From Flavobacteriales bacterium (lineage in GTDB: Bacteria > Bacteroidota > Bacteroidia > Flavobacteriales_D > Parvicellaceae): DNA of 26,865 bases. The notes under the pieces are model-generated. The model had not been told where the DNA came from. It did no database searches and saw only the letters and a program-made list of their open reading frames with translations. Where the stretch lies: assembly GCA_027047735.1 (NCBI GenBank), contig JALTUD010000013.1, positions 1 through 26,865 on the forward strand, written 5' to 3'. Positions 9,634 through 19,629 of this stretch are shown here, one piece after another (the first letter of the stretch is position 1; each line of letters opens with the position of its first letter). Both the position numbers and the translations under genes were made by a program.

Positions 9634-10656
9634 ATGAAGAAAATACTATTAATATTAAGCCTGTTTTTGAGTTTGGGATATTGGGCTCAAGATATTCATT
9701 TTTCTCAATTTGACGTGAATGTACTAGCCTTAAATCCGGCTTATGCAGGTGTAATGAAACGAGATTTCAGGGTGGCTAACAATTATAGAAATCAATGGGG
9801 TAGTGTTAGTTTTCCGTATTCCACTTTCGCTTTTGCGTATGATATGAATACGCTAAAACAAAAAGCTTTCAAAAGAGGGTTAACCGACTTGGGAGTTGGT
9901 TTAAGTTTTTCACAAGATAAAGCAGGAACCTCCAATTGGTCGCAAAATCAATTCGGATTATCGTTGTCAGCCATACAAGAAGTAGCAAAAAACACAACGA
10001 TGTCATTGGGATTGCAAGCAAATTATGCTCAAAACAGCGTAATCGTAGATAAATTGACGTGGGATAATCAATTTGCGAATCACCAGTTTGACGAGTCTTT
10101 GCCAACGAGAGAACAGTTTGCCAATTCAAAAAAATCGTATTTGGATATATCTTCGGGATTGCTTTTACAAAGTAGACCAACCGAACAAGAAACTTTTACA
10201 ATGGGTGTTTCTTATTACCATGTAAACAAACCTGTTTACACTATTTTTTCCGGGGATAAATTACCGTCAAAATTGGTGGTGCATGCAGCTTATGAGATGC
10301 CGGTAGGAGGAAAACTTTCCGGAAGAAGATTAATTCCAAAGTTTATGTTTGTTCAACAAGGAAAGCACAAAGAAGTAGTATTGGGTGCATTATATAGAAG
10401 TGTAATGAAACAAGCTTCGGAATATACGTCGTTTGCTAATGAAACTTACATTGATTTTGGTGCTTATTTTCGAGTTAGAGATGCATTGGTATTGGTTACG
10501 CGTATCGACTTTAAAAACTTTAGGTTGGGGTTGAGTTACGATACAAATATTTCTAAATTGGCAACGGCCTCAAAATCAAAAGGAGGATTTGAGGTGTCTT
10601 TGGCTTATAAAGGATTCTTCAATGATAATCGTACCAAGTTGAGAAAACCGGGCTAA
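9634..10656 (+). CDS. PorP/SprF-family T9SS outer-membrane beta-barrel
   Basis: Signal peptide, then QDIHFSQF...LNPAYAG...NYRNQW; C-terminal LGLSYDTN...GGFEVSL. Confidence 0.9.
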   Translation: MKKILLILSLFLSLGYWAQDIHFSQFDVNVLALNPAYAGVMKRDFRVANNYRNQWGSVSFPYSTFAFAYDMNTLKQKAFKRGLTDLGVGLSFSQDKAGTSNWSQNQFGLSLSAIQEVAKNTTMSLGLQANYAQNSVIVDKLTWDNQFANHQFDESLPTREQFANSKKSYLDISSGLLLQSRPTEQETFTMGVSYYHVNKPVYTIFSGDKLPSKLVVHAAYEMPVGGKLSGRRLIPKFMFVQQGKHKEVVLGALYRSVMKQASEYTSFANETYIDFGAYFRVRDALVLVTRIDFKNFRLGLSYDTNISKLATASKSKGGFEVSLAYKGFFNDNRTKLRKPG

Positions 10657-10678
10657 TACCAATTAAATGTAAATCAAT

Positions 10679-10712
10679 AAAAAAGCCTTTAACATCTGTT
10701 AAAGGCTTTTTT
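10679..10712. terminator. Bidirectional Rho-independent terminator between the convergent PorP gene and ppa
   Basis: Perfect inverted repeat AAAAAAGCCTTTAACA-tc-TGTTAAAGGCTTTTTT. Confidence 0.9.
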
Positions 10713-10789
10713 GTTTTTAGTAGATTATCCTTAATTCCGCAAGTGATTTCGTTGTGAAAAGTCAAACTGCATATTATTATATTTAGAGC

Positions 10790-11458
10790 TTATACCAGTG
10801 AATCTTCTAATACTCCGAATTTTTCTCTATAATCGTTGTAACTTCTTCTGATTACTTCCAGTGCTTCTTCTTTTCCGTAAGTATGTGTAATTTCTACCTC
10901 AACTTTTTTGCCGTCTCCCGGTACGTTTTTATAGGTTAAGAAATAGTGCTTTAGTCGTTGGATAAGTGCTTCAGGGCATTTGCTGATGTCGTCCCATTCG
11001 CCGTACACTTTATCGCCTTTAAGTATGGCAACGATTTTGTCGTCTGCTTCTCCACCATCAATCATTCTAAATCCGCCGATAGGAATTGCAGGCACAATAA
11101 TATTTCCTTGTGCAATATCTCTTTCGGAAAGTACACAAATATCCAAAGGATCGGCATCTCCAACGATGTTGGTTCTTCCTGTTTTCTCCATACAATATTC
11201 TGCTACTTCTTTGTCGCAGTAAGTTTGTGGAACAAACCCATAGAGAGCAGGCATTATGTTTGAGAATTTTTGAGGTCTGTCCACCATGATGAATCCTGAT
11301 TCTTTGTGCACTTCATATTTTACCGTGTCGTGCGGAGTCATTTCAATAAAGGTCATGATTTCCTCCGGAGCTTTTTCTCCTATATTGATACCATGCCAAG
11401 GGTGAGCCATAAAACGTAAGGATAGTTTATCCCAAATTTCTTTTGTTGATTCGTTCAT
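10790..11458 (-). CDS. ppa: Family I soluble inorganic pyrophosphatase
   Basis: AHPWHG, KYEVHK, YGFVPQT, DADPLDICVL, DGGEADDKIVA and HYFLTYK motifs. Confidence 0.95.
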   Translation of the reverse strand: MNESTKEIWDKLSLRFMAHPWHGINIGEKAPEEIMTFIEMTPHDTVKYEVHKESGFIMVDRPQKFSNIMPALYGFVPQTYCDKEVAEYCMEKTGRTNIVGDADPLDICVLSERDIAQGNIIVPAIPIGGFRMIDGGEADDKIVAILKGDKVYGEWDDISKCPEALIQRLKHYFLTYKNVPGDGKKVEVEITHTYGKEEALEVIRRSYNDYREKFGVLEDSLV

Positions 11459-11552
11459 TATTCAAATTATTAAGATGAAATTATTTTTTATCCCTTTTTG
11501 GAAGTAATGATGCGTAAGGAAATCTTAAGCAAATTCAATAAAAAAGGGAAAG

Positions 11553-11583
11553 CAAAAGTACTACTTTTTGTGAAACTTACAAA
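11553..11583 (-). promoter_or_regulatory. Bacteroidota sigma-70 promoter for ppa
   Basis: On the minus strand, TTTG-N19-TACTTTTG: exact -33/-7 consensus. Confidence 0.7.
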
Positions 11584-11618
11584 TTGCAACAAAAACAAAG
11601 CAACGAAATCAGATTTTG

Positions 11619-11649
11619 TTTGTTATTGTAATAGAAATATGTAACTTTA
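11619..11649 (+). promoter_or_regulatory. Candidate promoter for the 11680 operon (divergent from ppa)
   Basis: TTTG-N19-TAACTTTA. Confidence 0.5.
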
Positions 11650-11679
11650 AAAATATTACATATAAATAATAATAAATTT

Positions 11680-12735
11680 ATGAAAAGAATTTTACTTTGG
11701 ATGATTTTAGTGCCTATGGTATTGGATGCTCAAATTACCGTCACAAAAAACAACTTTCCTTCGAGTGGGGATGAATATATTTATAGTCTGGCAAGTACAA
11801 ACGGAGTAGATGTTTCTACTACGGGAGCAAATGTGATTTGGGATTACTCGTCGTTGTCGCCTAATGTGTTTGATACTGCAAAATATGTAAGTGTAACTTC
11901 TACACCTTTTGCTTATCAATTTTATTTTAACAATCAGTTTTTATATCCGGATTATAAAGCAAACTACGCGATTAAAGGACGTGATTTGAATGCGTTTAAT
12001 CAAGTGAATATTACCGATGTTTTTCAATTTCATAAAAAGAAAAACAATGCTTTGCAGATGGTGGGATTCGGGGCGAATATAAATGGCGTTCCTGCTTCAA
12101 TTAAGTATGATACTATTGACCAATTATATCCGCTTCCGTTGACTTTTGGAGTGAGTGATTCTACTTCGGCTTATTACTTATTGGATGTACCTAATATGGG
12201 AACGTATGGACAATGGTTGAGGAGAAAAGTTGAGGTGGATGGTTGGGGAGATTTAACGACTCCGTATCAAAATTATCCGCAAGCTCTTCGTGTGAAAACG
12301 ACACTTTATCAAAGGGATACATTAAAAACGGAACAACCTGTTTCTTTGCCGGGAATTGCTTTTGATCGTCCGATTCAATATACGTATGAGTGGTTTGTTT
12401 TGGGGGTTGGTGTTCCTGTTTTAAGTGTTACCGAACAAGCCGGGCAGATTACCAATGTTAAATATATTGATGTAAACACGTCCGGAATTGCATCTGAATT
12501 TACTGATTTGAAACTTCGTGTTTTTCCTAATCCTTCGAGTGATTTTGTGAGGATTGATACTGAAATTAAAAATGGTATGATGAAGGTTTTTTCGTTAAAT
12601 GGTAAAGTTGTTTATCGGGGAAAAGTAAAATCTTACTTGGATGTTTCGGAGTGGAGAGCAGGGAATTATGTAATTACTGTTGAAGAAGAACAACTAGGAA
12701 AGAAAGGATTTGTTTATTTTCAAAAGATAGATTAA
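11680..12735 (+). CDS. T9SS type-A CTD secreted protein
   Basis: Signal peptide ending LDAQ; C-terminal LRVFPNPSSD...KVFSLNGK...DVSEWRAGNYVI. Confidence 0.85.
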   Translation: MKRILLWMILVPMVLDAQITVTKNNFPSSGDEYIYSLASTNGVDVSTTGANVIWDYSSLSPNVFDTAKYVSVTSTPFAYQFYFNNQFLYPDYKANYAIKGRDLNAFNQVNITDVFQFHKKKNNALQMVGFGANINGVPASIKYDTIDQLYPLPLTFGVSDSTSAYYLLDVPNMGTYGQWLRRKVEVDGWGDLTTPYQNYPQALRVKTTLYQRDTLKTEQPVSLPGIAFDRPIQYTYEWFVLGVGVPVLSVTEQAGQITNVKYIDVNTSGIASEFTDLKLRVFPNPSSDFVRIDTEIKNGMMKVFSLNGKVVYRGKVKSYLDVSEWRAGNYVITVEEEQLGKKGFVYFQKID

Positions 12736-13061
12736 TGACGATAGCAGAAGCTCAAAAGATTGTTGATGATTGGATAAAGACGTATGGTGTTCGTTATTTT
12801 TCGGAACTGACGAATATGGCGATGTTGACAGAGGAAGTGGGAGAGGTTGCTCGGATTATTGCCAGGCGGTATGGTGAGCAATCGGAAAAGGAGTCGGATA
12901 AAGGAAAGGACTTGGGTGATGAATTGGCGGATGTGCTTTTTGTGTTGATTTGTTTGGCAAATCAAACGGGAGTGGATTTGGAACTAGCGATGAAAAAGAA
13001 TTTGGATAAGAAAACAAAACGTGATGCCGTAAGGCATTTGCAAAATGATAAATTGAAATAA
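12735..13061 (+). CDS. MazG-like nucleotide pyrophosphohydrolase
   Basis: LTEEVGEVAR...ELADVLFVL acidic motif pair; TAATG stop/start overlap with the upstream gene. Confidence 0.9.
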   Translation: MTIAEAQKIVDDWIKTYGVRYFSELTNMAMLTEEVGEVARIIARRYGEQSEKESDKGKDLGDELADVLFVLICLANQTGVDLELAMKKNLDKKTKRDAVRHLQNDKLK

Positions 13062-13118
13062 GAGATTTGATGATTTAAGTTTGGATAAATGAAGGTTCTT
13101 TTAAGTTTTGTTTGGTTG

Positions 13119-13486
13119 TTTTTTTATCGTCTAAGAATACTAAAACTCGCTTTTTTAGTTCTCATTCCGTCCGCGTTAGGGATTGGTATCCCTAACGTGT
13201 ATAAAAAGAGCACCATAAAATGTTTTTATTTCCTTTATCCATCTTCAAAAAATCTTTCCATAGCGGGTGCTATGCAAAGATTTTTTTCATCGTCTAAAGA
13301 AACTAAAACTCATTTTCTTACCGCTATTTTTACACACGTTAGGGATAGAACGGCGTGTTTGAACTCCTTTTGTGTTGTTGCACTTATGCAATACAAAAGA
13401 GTGAGTAGTGATAGCCCGACCATTACGGCGTTAAAAAGTAATGTAGTGCAACGAAATTGCTTTTTTATGCCGTAATGGGAACGCCC
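13119..13486 (-). repeat. Composite structured repeat, copy C (core 13336-13486; 161-bp hairpin 13187-13347; junction palindrome 13174-13197; half-arm ~13119-13184)
   Basis: Aligns to copies A and D over the whole length. 21-bp terminal arms match 20/21. Confidence 0.93.
13336..13486 (-). ncRNA. Flavo-1-like structured motif (core of copy C)
   Basis: Same two-hairpin core as copies A, B and D. Family assignment from memory only. Confidence 0.45.
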
Positions 13487-13512
13487 AAAATAATATTAAA
13501 AACGAGAAGAAT

Positions 13513-14037
13513 ATGTTTGATTTTTTTAAGCGAAAAAAACGAAAAACTCAAGTAGATTTAACCCTTGAAACATTGACGGTGGGGGCTACTTTTGAGTATG
13601 ATTTGAAAACGTGGGTAGTAAAGGAAGTGTATGTCTATTTGTGGGAAGATGGTTTGAAGACGAGGGAGTATAAGGCTAGTGACGGGGCTTCTTATTTCTT
13701 TTTGGTAGTGAATAATGATGGAGTGGTAATGGTGAGTAAACCGGTGTCGTTGAAGTTGGTGGCTCCTGATTTTAAACCGGATGTATTGAGAGATGAAACG
13801 GTGCCGGAGGTGGTTGTGTTTGAGGGTAGAGAGTACGAATTAAAAAAGGAAAATTTTGGTTCTTATCAACGAATTGGAACGGATAATTGGTCGGAATTAA
13901 CGGCGTGGATGTATTGGGATAAGGAAGAACATTTTATTTGTTTTGAGCGTTGGAGTAAGTTTGAGTTTGAGGCTCATAAAGGGAGAAAGATTAATCCGTT
14001 TGAGATTGATAATTTAATGCCCGGTGATGAAGATTAG
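13513..14037 (+). CDS. DUF4178-like protein
   Basis: 174 aa. LTLETLTVGA...W.VKEVY.Y.W...TREY and P.VV.FEG.EY.L.E pattern recalled for DUF4178. Confidence 0.6.
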   Translation: MFDFFKRKKRKTQVDLTLETLTVGATFEYDLKTWVVKEVYVYLWEDGLKTREYKASDGASYFFLVVNNDGVVMVSKPVSLKLVAPDFKPDVLRDETVPEVVVFEGREYELKKENFGSYQRIGTDNWSELTAWMYWDKEEHFICFERWSKFEFEAHKGRKINPFEIDNLMPGDED

Positions 14038-14119
14038 GTGTTGGGGTGCTAAACTCTCATACTTTTGGAAGAAATGATACGAACGACAGTAAAAATGTTG
14101 CAAACGGAGATACTTGTCA

Positions 14120-14150
14120 TTGATTTAGGAAGGCTTTCTTTGTAATTTTG
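14120..14150 (+). promoter_or_regulatory. Promoter for the type-B CTD/PorP/OmpA cluster
   Basis: TTG-N20-TAATTTTG, about 50 bp upstream of the start. Confidence 0.55.
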
Positions 14151-14202
14151 TGAGTTATACCATTTAAACATTGAAATGGTATTATAGATAAATTCATTGA
14201 TT

Positions 14203-17200
14203 ATGAAAAAAATAAATTTCTACCTCTTGTTAACGACCTTGTTTTTAGGGGTTGGAGTAAATGCTCAAGGGATATACTTTGTTACGGATTCTACCGATAG
14301 TGGTAGCGGAAAGACTTTACGAAATGCCTTGGCGTCTAATGCTGATACGATTGTAATTGATGTGAAGGGTACTTTGGAATTAACCAGCTCATTGGTTTTG
14401 ACTAAAGATGTGGTTATATTAGGTCCTTCGGCTAAGCACTTTACGATAAATCCTTGGCAAATAACTGATGTTGATGGTCTTTTTAAATTTAATGGTCATA
14501 AATTGACGTTATCGGGGGTTCGGATTTCGGGAGGTGGTTATAATTCTTCGGTTCCTATTCTTCATATACATAACGCAAATAATGCTGATACTGTTCGTGT
14601 GATAGATTGTTTGTTTGAAAATACTGTTTTGCAAAACGGAAGTGGTTCGGTTCTTAATTATAATGTTGCTTTATTAAGTAAGCCAATTATTTTTTCTAGG
14701 TGTTCTTTTATTTCTGTTCGGGCTGATAATAATGGTGGGGCCTTTTATATAGCACAAGGAAAAGGAGCAGAGGTGTATAATTGTACGTTTAATGCTTGTA
14801 CCACGACATGGGGACAGGGCGGGAGAGCCGGTGCAATTTATATGTCAGGAGGAGATTTAACTTTGATTAATAATACCTTTTATATGAATAGCGATGATAG
14901 TGATGCTCATCATTTATATTTAGCAGGAAATTCGGTAAATTTGATTAATAATATTTTTGAAGAGGGTTCTACTCAAAACCTTATTAAAACCGGGACGATA
15001 GTTGCGGATTATTATCATAATAATTTTATTAGTAGTTATCTAACGGGGGCGGGTATTTCTTATGGTTTTACAGAAAACACTGCATCGGGAATATCAACTC
15101 CTTTAATTGAAGATGGTTTGGGACTTAAATATTTTTCACTTCCTGCCGGTAGTCCATGTATAGATACGTATTTGGGTTCTAATCCAAAAGTTTTAAGTCA
15201 AAAATATGACCAAAGACGAAGTTGGAGGAAGATGAAATCGGACATTGCCAATAGTTCTTATAGCATCGATGCCGGGGCAGTTGAATACTCGCCTTTTACC
15301 GTTACCAGTGCAGACCCTAACAATTCACCAGGAGGAATAAAGTCTGTTTTTTCAAGGTTAAACTCTTCACCCGTTTTTGGAAACAAAGCTATCGTTTTTG
15401 AAATTCCGACAAGTGATTTGCCTGCAGATATGAATATTGGACAGGATACTTTGGTAATTGATTATTCTGTTGCCGACCTAATTATTAATGGTTTTTCTCA
15501 GTCCGGTAGTGTTGTGGCGGGACCGGGTATAGATAGTACAAGTGTAACTTCTGCAACTATTCCAATTGTTATTAATGGAAATAATACTCATGGAAGTATT
15601 ATAGAAAATAGAGGGGCTAATGTTTTTATAGCAGGTGTAGATGTTATAAACGCTATTTCTTCTGGAGGAATTAAAGGGGTAGGTATTAATTTTACTGGTT
15701 ACAATTGTAGTATTGAAGGTTGTCACATTGGGGTGAATAGTATAGGAGAGTACGGAAGTAATACAAAAAACACCTACGGAATAACAGTTCCTCCGGGTAC
15801 TCAAGGGCTTTCAATAGGAGTAAATAATTATTATAATAATTTTTTAATGCATGTTTCTAGGAATATTATTTCGGGGAATGATTCTGCACAGGTGGAAAGT
15901 CTAACAGGAGGTGTAATAAAAAGAAATTTTATCGGGTTAAATGGTACAGGTACATCGGTAATAAACACCCCTTTTGCTAAAGGGGTTGTATTAGGTTCAG
16001 TTGATGCATATGTTGGTCTTTTTGGAGGAAAAAAACACGAAGGTAATTATGTAGCAGGGCAGGATAGTGCGTGCAAACTATATAATATGCAGGAAGTTCG
16101 TTCAAATGTTGTTGGATTTTTGTATGATAAAGTAGGTATAGCATCAAATAATACAGGGATTAAAATTGAGAATGGTTACGATGCAAAAATTATAAATAAT
16201 AGAATTGGAAATGTAACGAACGGAAATGCTTTATATTTATTAAATATAAAAGGTAATAATTCATTTCTTTATCCTGAACAAAATTCCGTAATTGCATTTA
16301 ATAAAATTGGGATAACTCTTAATAGACAATCTGCTGCAATAAATGGTTCCGGAATAAAAATATTATCGAATAGAGGTTCTGATGGAAATGGAGGTCATAT
16401 TTCTGATGCAAGGTTTCGAAAAATTCACCACAATGTTATTGCAAATTGTAACAGAGGGTTGGATTTTGATTTGTCATTGTTTCATCTTTATGATCCTAAT
16501 TCAGGTAATTACATTCCTGTCCCCTCTCTTTCTGTACCTTTTTCTGATTCAGTATATCGTAATGTTATAGGTTTTGACACTATTAACAATAATTCCTTTT
16601 CCAACGGCACGGGAATCTACATTGATTCAGGTGTACAAGCAATAACATTTTCTAGAAATATTATAGCAAACAATACAACAGCAGGTGTTCAAATTGCCGG
16701 AGTTGATAGTACGGAATATATCCATTTTTATAGAAATAAAATATTTAACAATGGTGGAGCAACGGGGCTAGGGATAGATTTGGATGATAATGGCACTACA
16801 AATTTAATTGGAAATAAACCTTATAGTAATGATAGTGTAGTACCACCTACACTAAGTTCTTCGATATATTGTCAAGGAGATTCTAAAGTTAAATTGGGTG
16901 TGAAGTTGTTTATTGAGGATTCGACTAGGTTTTACCGCATGGACTTTTATAAAACAGATTCTGACGGACAAGAAGGAAAAATCTTTTTAAAAGATACAAT
17001 GTTTGCTCCAAATACTCTTTCTCTAGGAAATAATATAGATACTTTATCTTTTATGGCAACATTTATTGCTATTAATGATTCGATAGTAGCAACGTTAACT
17101 CAATTGGATACAGCAACAATTGAGAATTATGGGTATTTAGATACGTTACTGGTGGCTTCAACTTCAGAATTTAGTAATTATTCAGTGATAAGGAATTACA

Positions 17201-19629
17201 GCCCTTCGATTGTAACTCCTTCGGGAGTTTGTGATGGGCAACAAATAATAATTCAAATTGCTGATGCGGGAACGATTACAAATTTTATGATAGATAATGT
17301 TTCTCAATTAAATAACCCGGCTCATTATACATTAACAACTGGACAAACATCTATAACTGTTAGTGTTGTTTCAGATTCGTTAGGATGCTCAGATAGTTTT
17401 ACTACTTCTTTATCCGTAAATCCACTACCAAATGTTACAGCAAATATTTTTAATAACAGAGATACAATTTGTCAGGGAGATAGTGCTGTTCTAATTGGGG
17501 TTCCGTATAATTCGACAAATGGTCAATGGAAGGTTGATTCTACATCATTTACAGATACGGTTGTATTTCCCGGAAACACTACAAAATATATATATATATT
17601 TACTGATGGAAACGGGTGTTCAAATAAGGATTCCGTTGTTGTAACGGTTAATCCATTACCGAATGCAATATTAGTTTCAGATTCAGTAGTTTGTTATGGT
17701 AATACTATTGATTTATCAGGTTTAGTTTCGTCAGTAATTCAAGTAGGAGAAACTTCTTATTGGTATAATGAGAGTGATGCTACAAGTACCCCACTAATAG
17801 CACAAACTATAATTATGTCGCAAGATAGTTCTTTTGTATATCAAGTAACAGACGTTAGTTCGGGTTGTATTAATCAAGATACGATTAATATTTTGGTTAA
17901 TTCATTACCGAATGTATCTGCTGGTATGGATTCTTCAATTTGTGGATCGGGAGATATTTATTTAAGTGGTTTGAATGGAATTACGCCGACTACAGGAATT
18001 TGGTACGATATAACGATGACTAATTTTATCAATAGCACTAATGTAGTTTCTGTTATATCAGATACAAGTTTTATATATCGAGTAACAGACGGAAATGGAT
18101 GTACTAACCAAGACACGGTAGATATTTTTGTAAACTCATTGCCTAATGTTTCAGCCGGACAAGATTCAATAATATGTGGATTAGGGACGATAAACCTAAT
18201 GGGGTTAATAGGAGTAAATCCATTAAATGGTACATGGTATGATAATACAATGAGTAATACAATACCTAACCCTGTTTCAGTTTCTTTAAATACAAGTTAT
18301 ATCTATAAGGTAATAGGTGTGGATGGTTGCATGAATCAAGATACTGTAGATATTTTTGTAAATCCATTGCCCAATGTTTCAGCTGGACAAGATTCGTCAA
18401 TATGCGGAATGGGAACTATAAATTTAAATGGGTTAATAGGAGTTACCCCATCAAATGGCACATGGTATGATACTACAATGATAAGTATTGCAAATAATAA
18501 TATTAATGTAGTTTCAGACACAAGTTTTATATATCAAGTAACAGCAGGAAACGGTTGTACTAATCAAGATACAGTAGATATTTTTGTAAATCCAAAGCCG
18601 ATATTAACGGTTAATTCAACCACTCCTGATAATTGTTCGGATGGAAGTGGAGAAGTAGTATTATTAACCACTTCGGGGACACCATCATACAGTTATAGCA
18701 TAGATGGAGCAACTTATAATCTCAATAATGTTTTTAGTGGACTTCAAGGGGGACAGAGCTATACATTTTATACTATAGATGATAATAATTGTTCAGACAC
18801 ATTAGCAATATATGTTCCTGTCGGTACATCAACTCCACCCTTGTCACCATCTTTAATCACACCTATCAAAATTTGTCAAGGATACAAAGAAACAATAACA
18901 GATACAATTAGTACAAATGCAAATTATGCACATACTTTTATTTTTTATGACTTTCCTGATGAAATAAATGTTAATTCAACAAATAACGCTGTTTTAATAC
19001 CGGAATCATTAAACGGAGTAGATTCAATTGTTGTTGTAGCTACCAATACAGACGGATGTACAAATAGCACTACAATAACAGATATTGATTTTACAGAAAA
19101 TAATCTACAAACTTCGCCAATCAATAACATTTGCCAAGGAGATAATCACACATTTGATGTTTGGGCTACGGGAGTTCCAGATAGTTTGTTGTGGAGTACA
19201 AACGGAACAGGTAGTGGAGAACAGGAAGACCAAGGTTCATTTACCATAAACAATTTAACGGATAACGAGGTTTATATAGCTGTAAAAGAGAATGATTGTT
19301 GGTTTTATGATACGATAAGTGTTACCTTTGCTATCGACTGTGAAGAAACCGTAACTAATGCTTTTCAACCAGATGGAGATATAGAAGAAAATTCTTTTTT
19401 CTATTTGGATGATGAACATGTTAACCCCGACCTATGGGAAAATACAGTTACTATTTACAATCGTTGGGGAGATATCGTGTTTAAAGAACAAAACTACGAT
19501 AACAAAACCATCGTTTGGAAAGGTAAAGGTCTTACCCGGGTAGATTTACCTGAAGGAACATACTACTATGTGTTGGATGTTCCGGAAATTTCGTACTCAA
19601 AAAAAGGTTGGGTATATTTAGATAGATGA
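14203..19629 (+). CDS. Large T9SS type-B CTD (gliding-motility-associated C-terminal domain) surface protein: CSLREA-like N-terminus, parallel beta-helix repeats, Ig/PKD-like repeats
   Basis: ATG 14203 (MKKINFYLLL signal peptide) preferred over TTG 14197. VTDSTDSGSGKTLRNAL; LPAGSPCID...DQRR...DAGAVE (choice-of-anchor-Q-like); FNNGGATGLGIDL; C-terminal IYNRWGDIVF...LPEGTYYYVL...GWVYLDR. Confidence 0.9.
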   Translation: MKKINFYLLLTTLFLGVGVNAQGIYFVTDSTDSGSGKTLRNALASNADTIVIDVKGTLELTSSLVLTKDVVILGPSAKHFTINPWQITDVDGLFKFNGHKLTLSGVRISGGGYNSSVPILHIHNANNADTVRVIDCLFENTVLQNGSGSVLNYNVALLSKPIIFSRCSFISVRADNNGGAFYIAQGKGAEVYNCTFNACTTTWGQGGRAGAIYMSGGDLTLINNTFYMNSDDSDAHHLYLAGNSVNLINNIFEEGSTQNLIKTGTIVADYYHNNFISSYLTGAGISYGFTENTASGISTPLIEDGLGLKYFSLPAGSPCIDTYLGSNPKVLSQKYDQRRSWRKMKSDIANSSYSIDAGAVEYSPFTVTSADPNNSPGGIKSVFSRLNSSPVFGNKAIVFEIPTSDLPADMNIGQDTLVIDYSVADLIINGFSQSGSVVAGPGIDSTSVTSATIPIVINGNNTHGSIIENRGANVFIAGVDVINAISSGGIKGVGINFTGYNCSIEGCHIGVNSIGEYGSNTKNTYGITVPPGTQGLSIGVNNYYNNFLMHVSRNIISGNDSAQVESLTGGVIKRNFIGLNGTGTSVINTPFAKGVVLGSVDAYVGLFGGKKHEGNYVAGQDSACKLYNMQEVRSNVVGFLYDKVGIASNNTGIKIENGYDAKIINNRIGNVTNGNALYLLNIKGNNSFLYPEQNSVIAFNKIGITLNRQSAAINGSGIKILSNRGSDGNGGHISDARFRKIHHNVIANCNRGLDFDLSLFHLYDPNSGNYIPVPSLSVPFSDSVYRNVIGFDTINNNSFSNGTGIYIDSGVQAITFSRNIIANNTTAGVQIAGVDSTEYIHFYRNKIFNNGGATGLGIDLDDNGTTNLIGNKPYSNDSVVPPTLSSSIYCQGDSKVKLGVKLFIEDSTRFYRMDFYKTDSDGQEGKIFLKDTMFAPNTLSLGNNIDTLSFMATFIAINDSIVATLTQLDTATIENYGYLDTLLVASTSEFSNYSVIRNYSPSIVTPSGVCDGQQIIIQIADAGTITNFMIDNVSQLNNPAHYTLTTGQTSITVSVVSDSLGCSDSFTTSLSVNPLPNVTANIFNNRDTICQGDSAVLIGVPYNSTNGQWKVDSTSFTDTVVFPGNTTKYIYIFTDGNGCSNKDSVVVTVNPLPNAILVSDSVVCYGNTIDLSGLVSSVIQVGETSYWYNESDATSTPLIAQTIIMSQDSSFVYQVTDVSSGCINQDTINILVNSLPNVSAGMDSSICGSGDIYLSGLNGITPTTGIWYDITMTNFINSTNVVSVISDTSFIYRVTDGNGCTNQDTVDIFVNSLPNVSAGQDSIICGLGTINLMGLIGVNPLNGTWYDNTMSNTIPNPVSVSLNTSYIYKVIGVDGCMNQDTVDIFVNPLPNVSAGQDSSICGMGTINLNGLIGVTPSNGTWYDTTMISIANNNINVVSDTSFIYQVTAGNGCTNQDTVDIFVNPKPILTVNSTTPDNCSDGSGEVVLLTTSGTPSYSYSIDGATYNLNNVFSGLQGGQSYTFYTIDDNNCSDTLAIYVPVGTSTPPLSPSLITPIKICQGYKETITDTISTNANYAHTFIFYDFPDEINVNSTNNAVLIPESLNGVDSIVVVATNTDGCTNSTTITDIDFTENNLQTSPINNICQGDNHTFDVWATGVPDSLLWSTNGTGSGEQEDQGSFTINNLTDNEVYIAVKENDCWFYDTISVTFAIDCEETVTNAFQPDGDIEENSFFYLDDEHVNPDLWENTVTIYNRWGDIVFKEQNYDNKTIVWKGKGLTRVDLPEGTYYYVLDVPEISYSKKGWVYLDR
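17896..18585 (+). repeat. Three tandem intragenic 76-78-aa Ig/PKD-like repeats
   Basis: VN(S/P)LPNVSAGxDSxICG...WYD...NQDTVDIF starts at 17896, 18130 and 18358, with the next VNPKP at 18586 (periods 234, 228, 228 nt). Confidence 0.9.
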
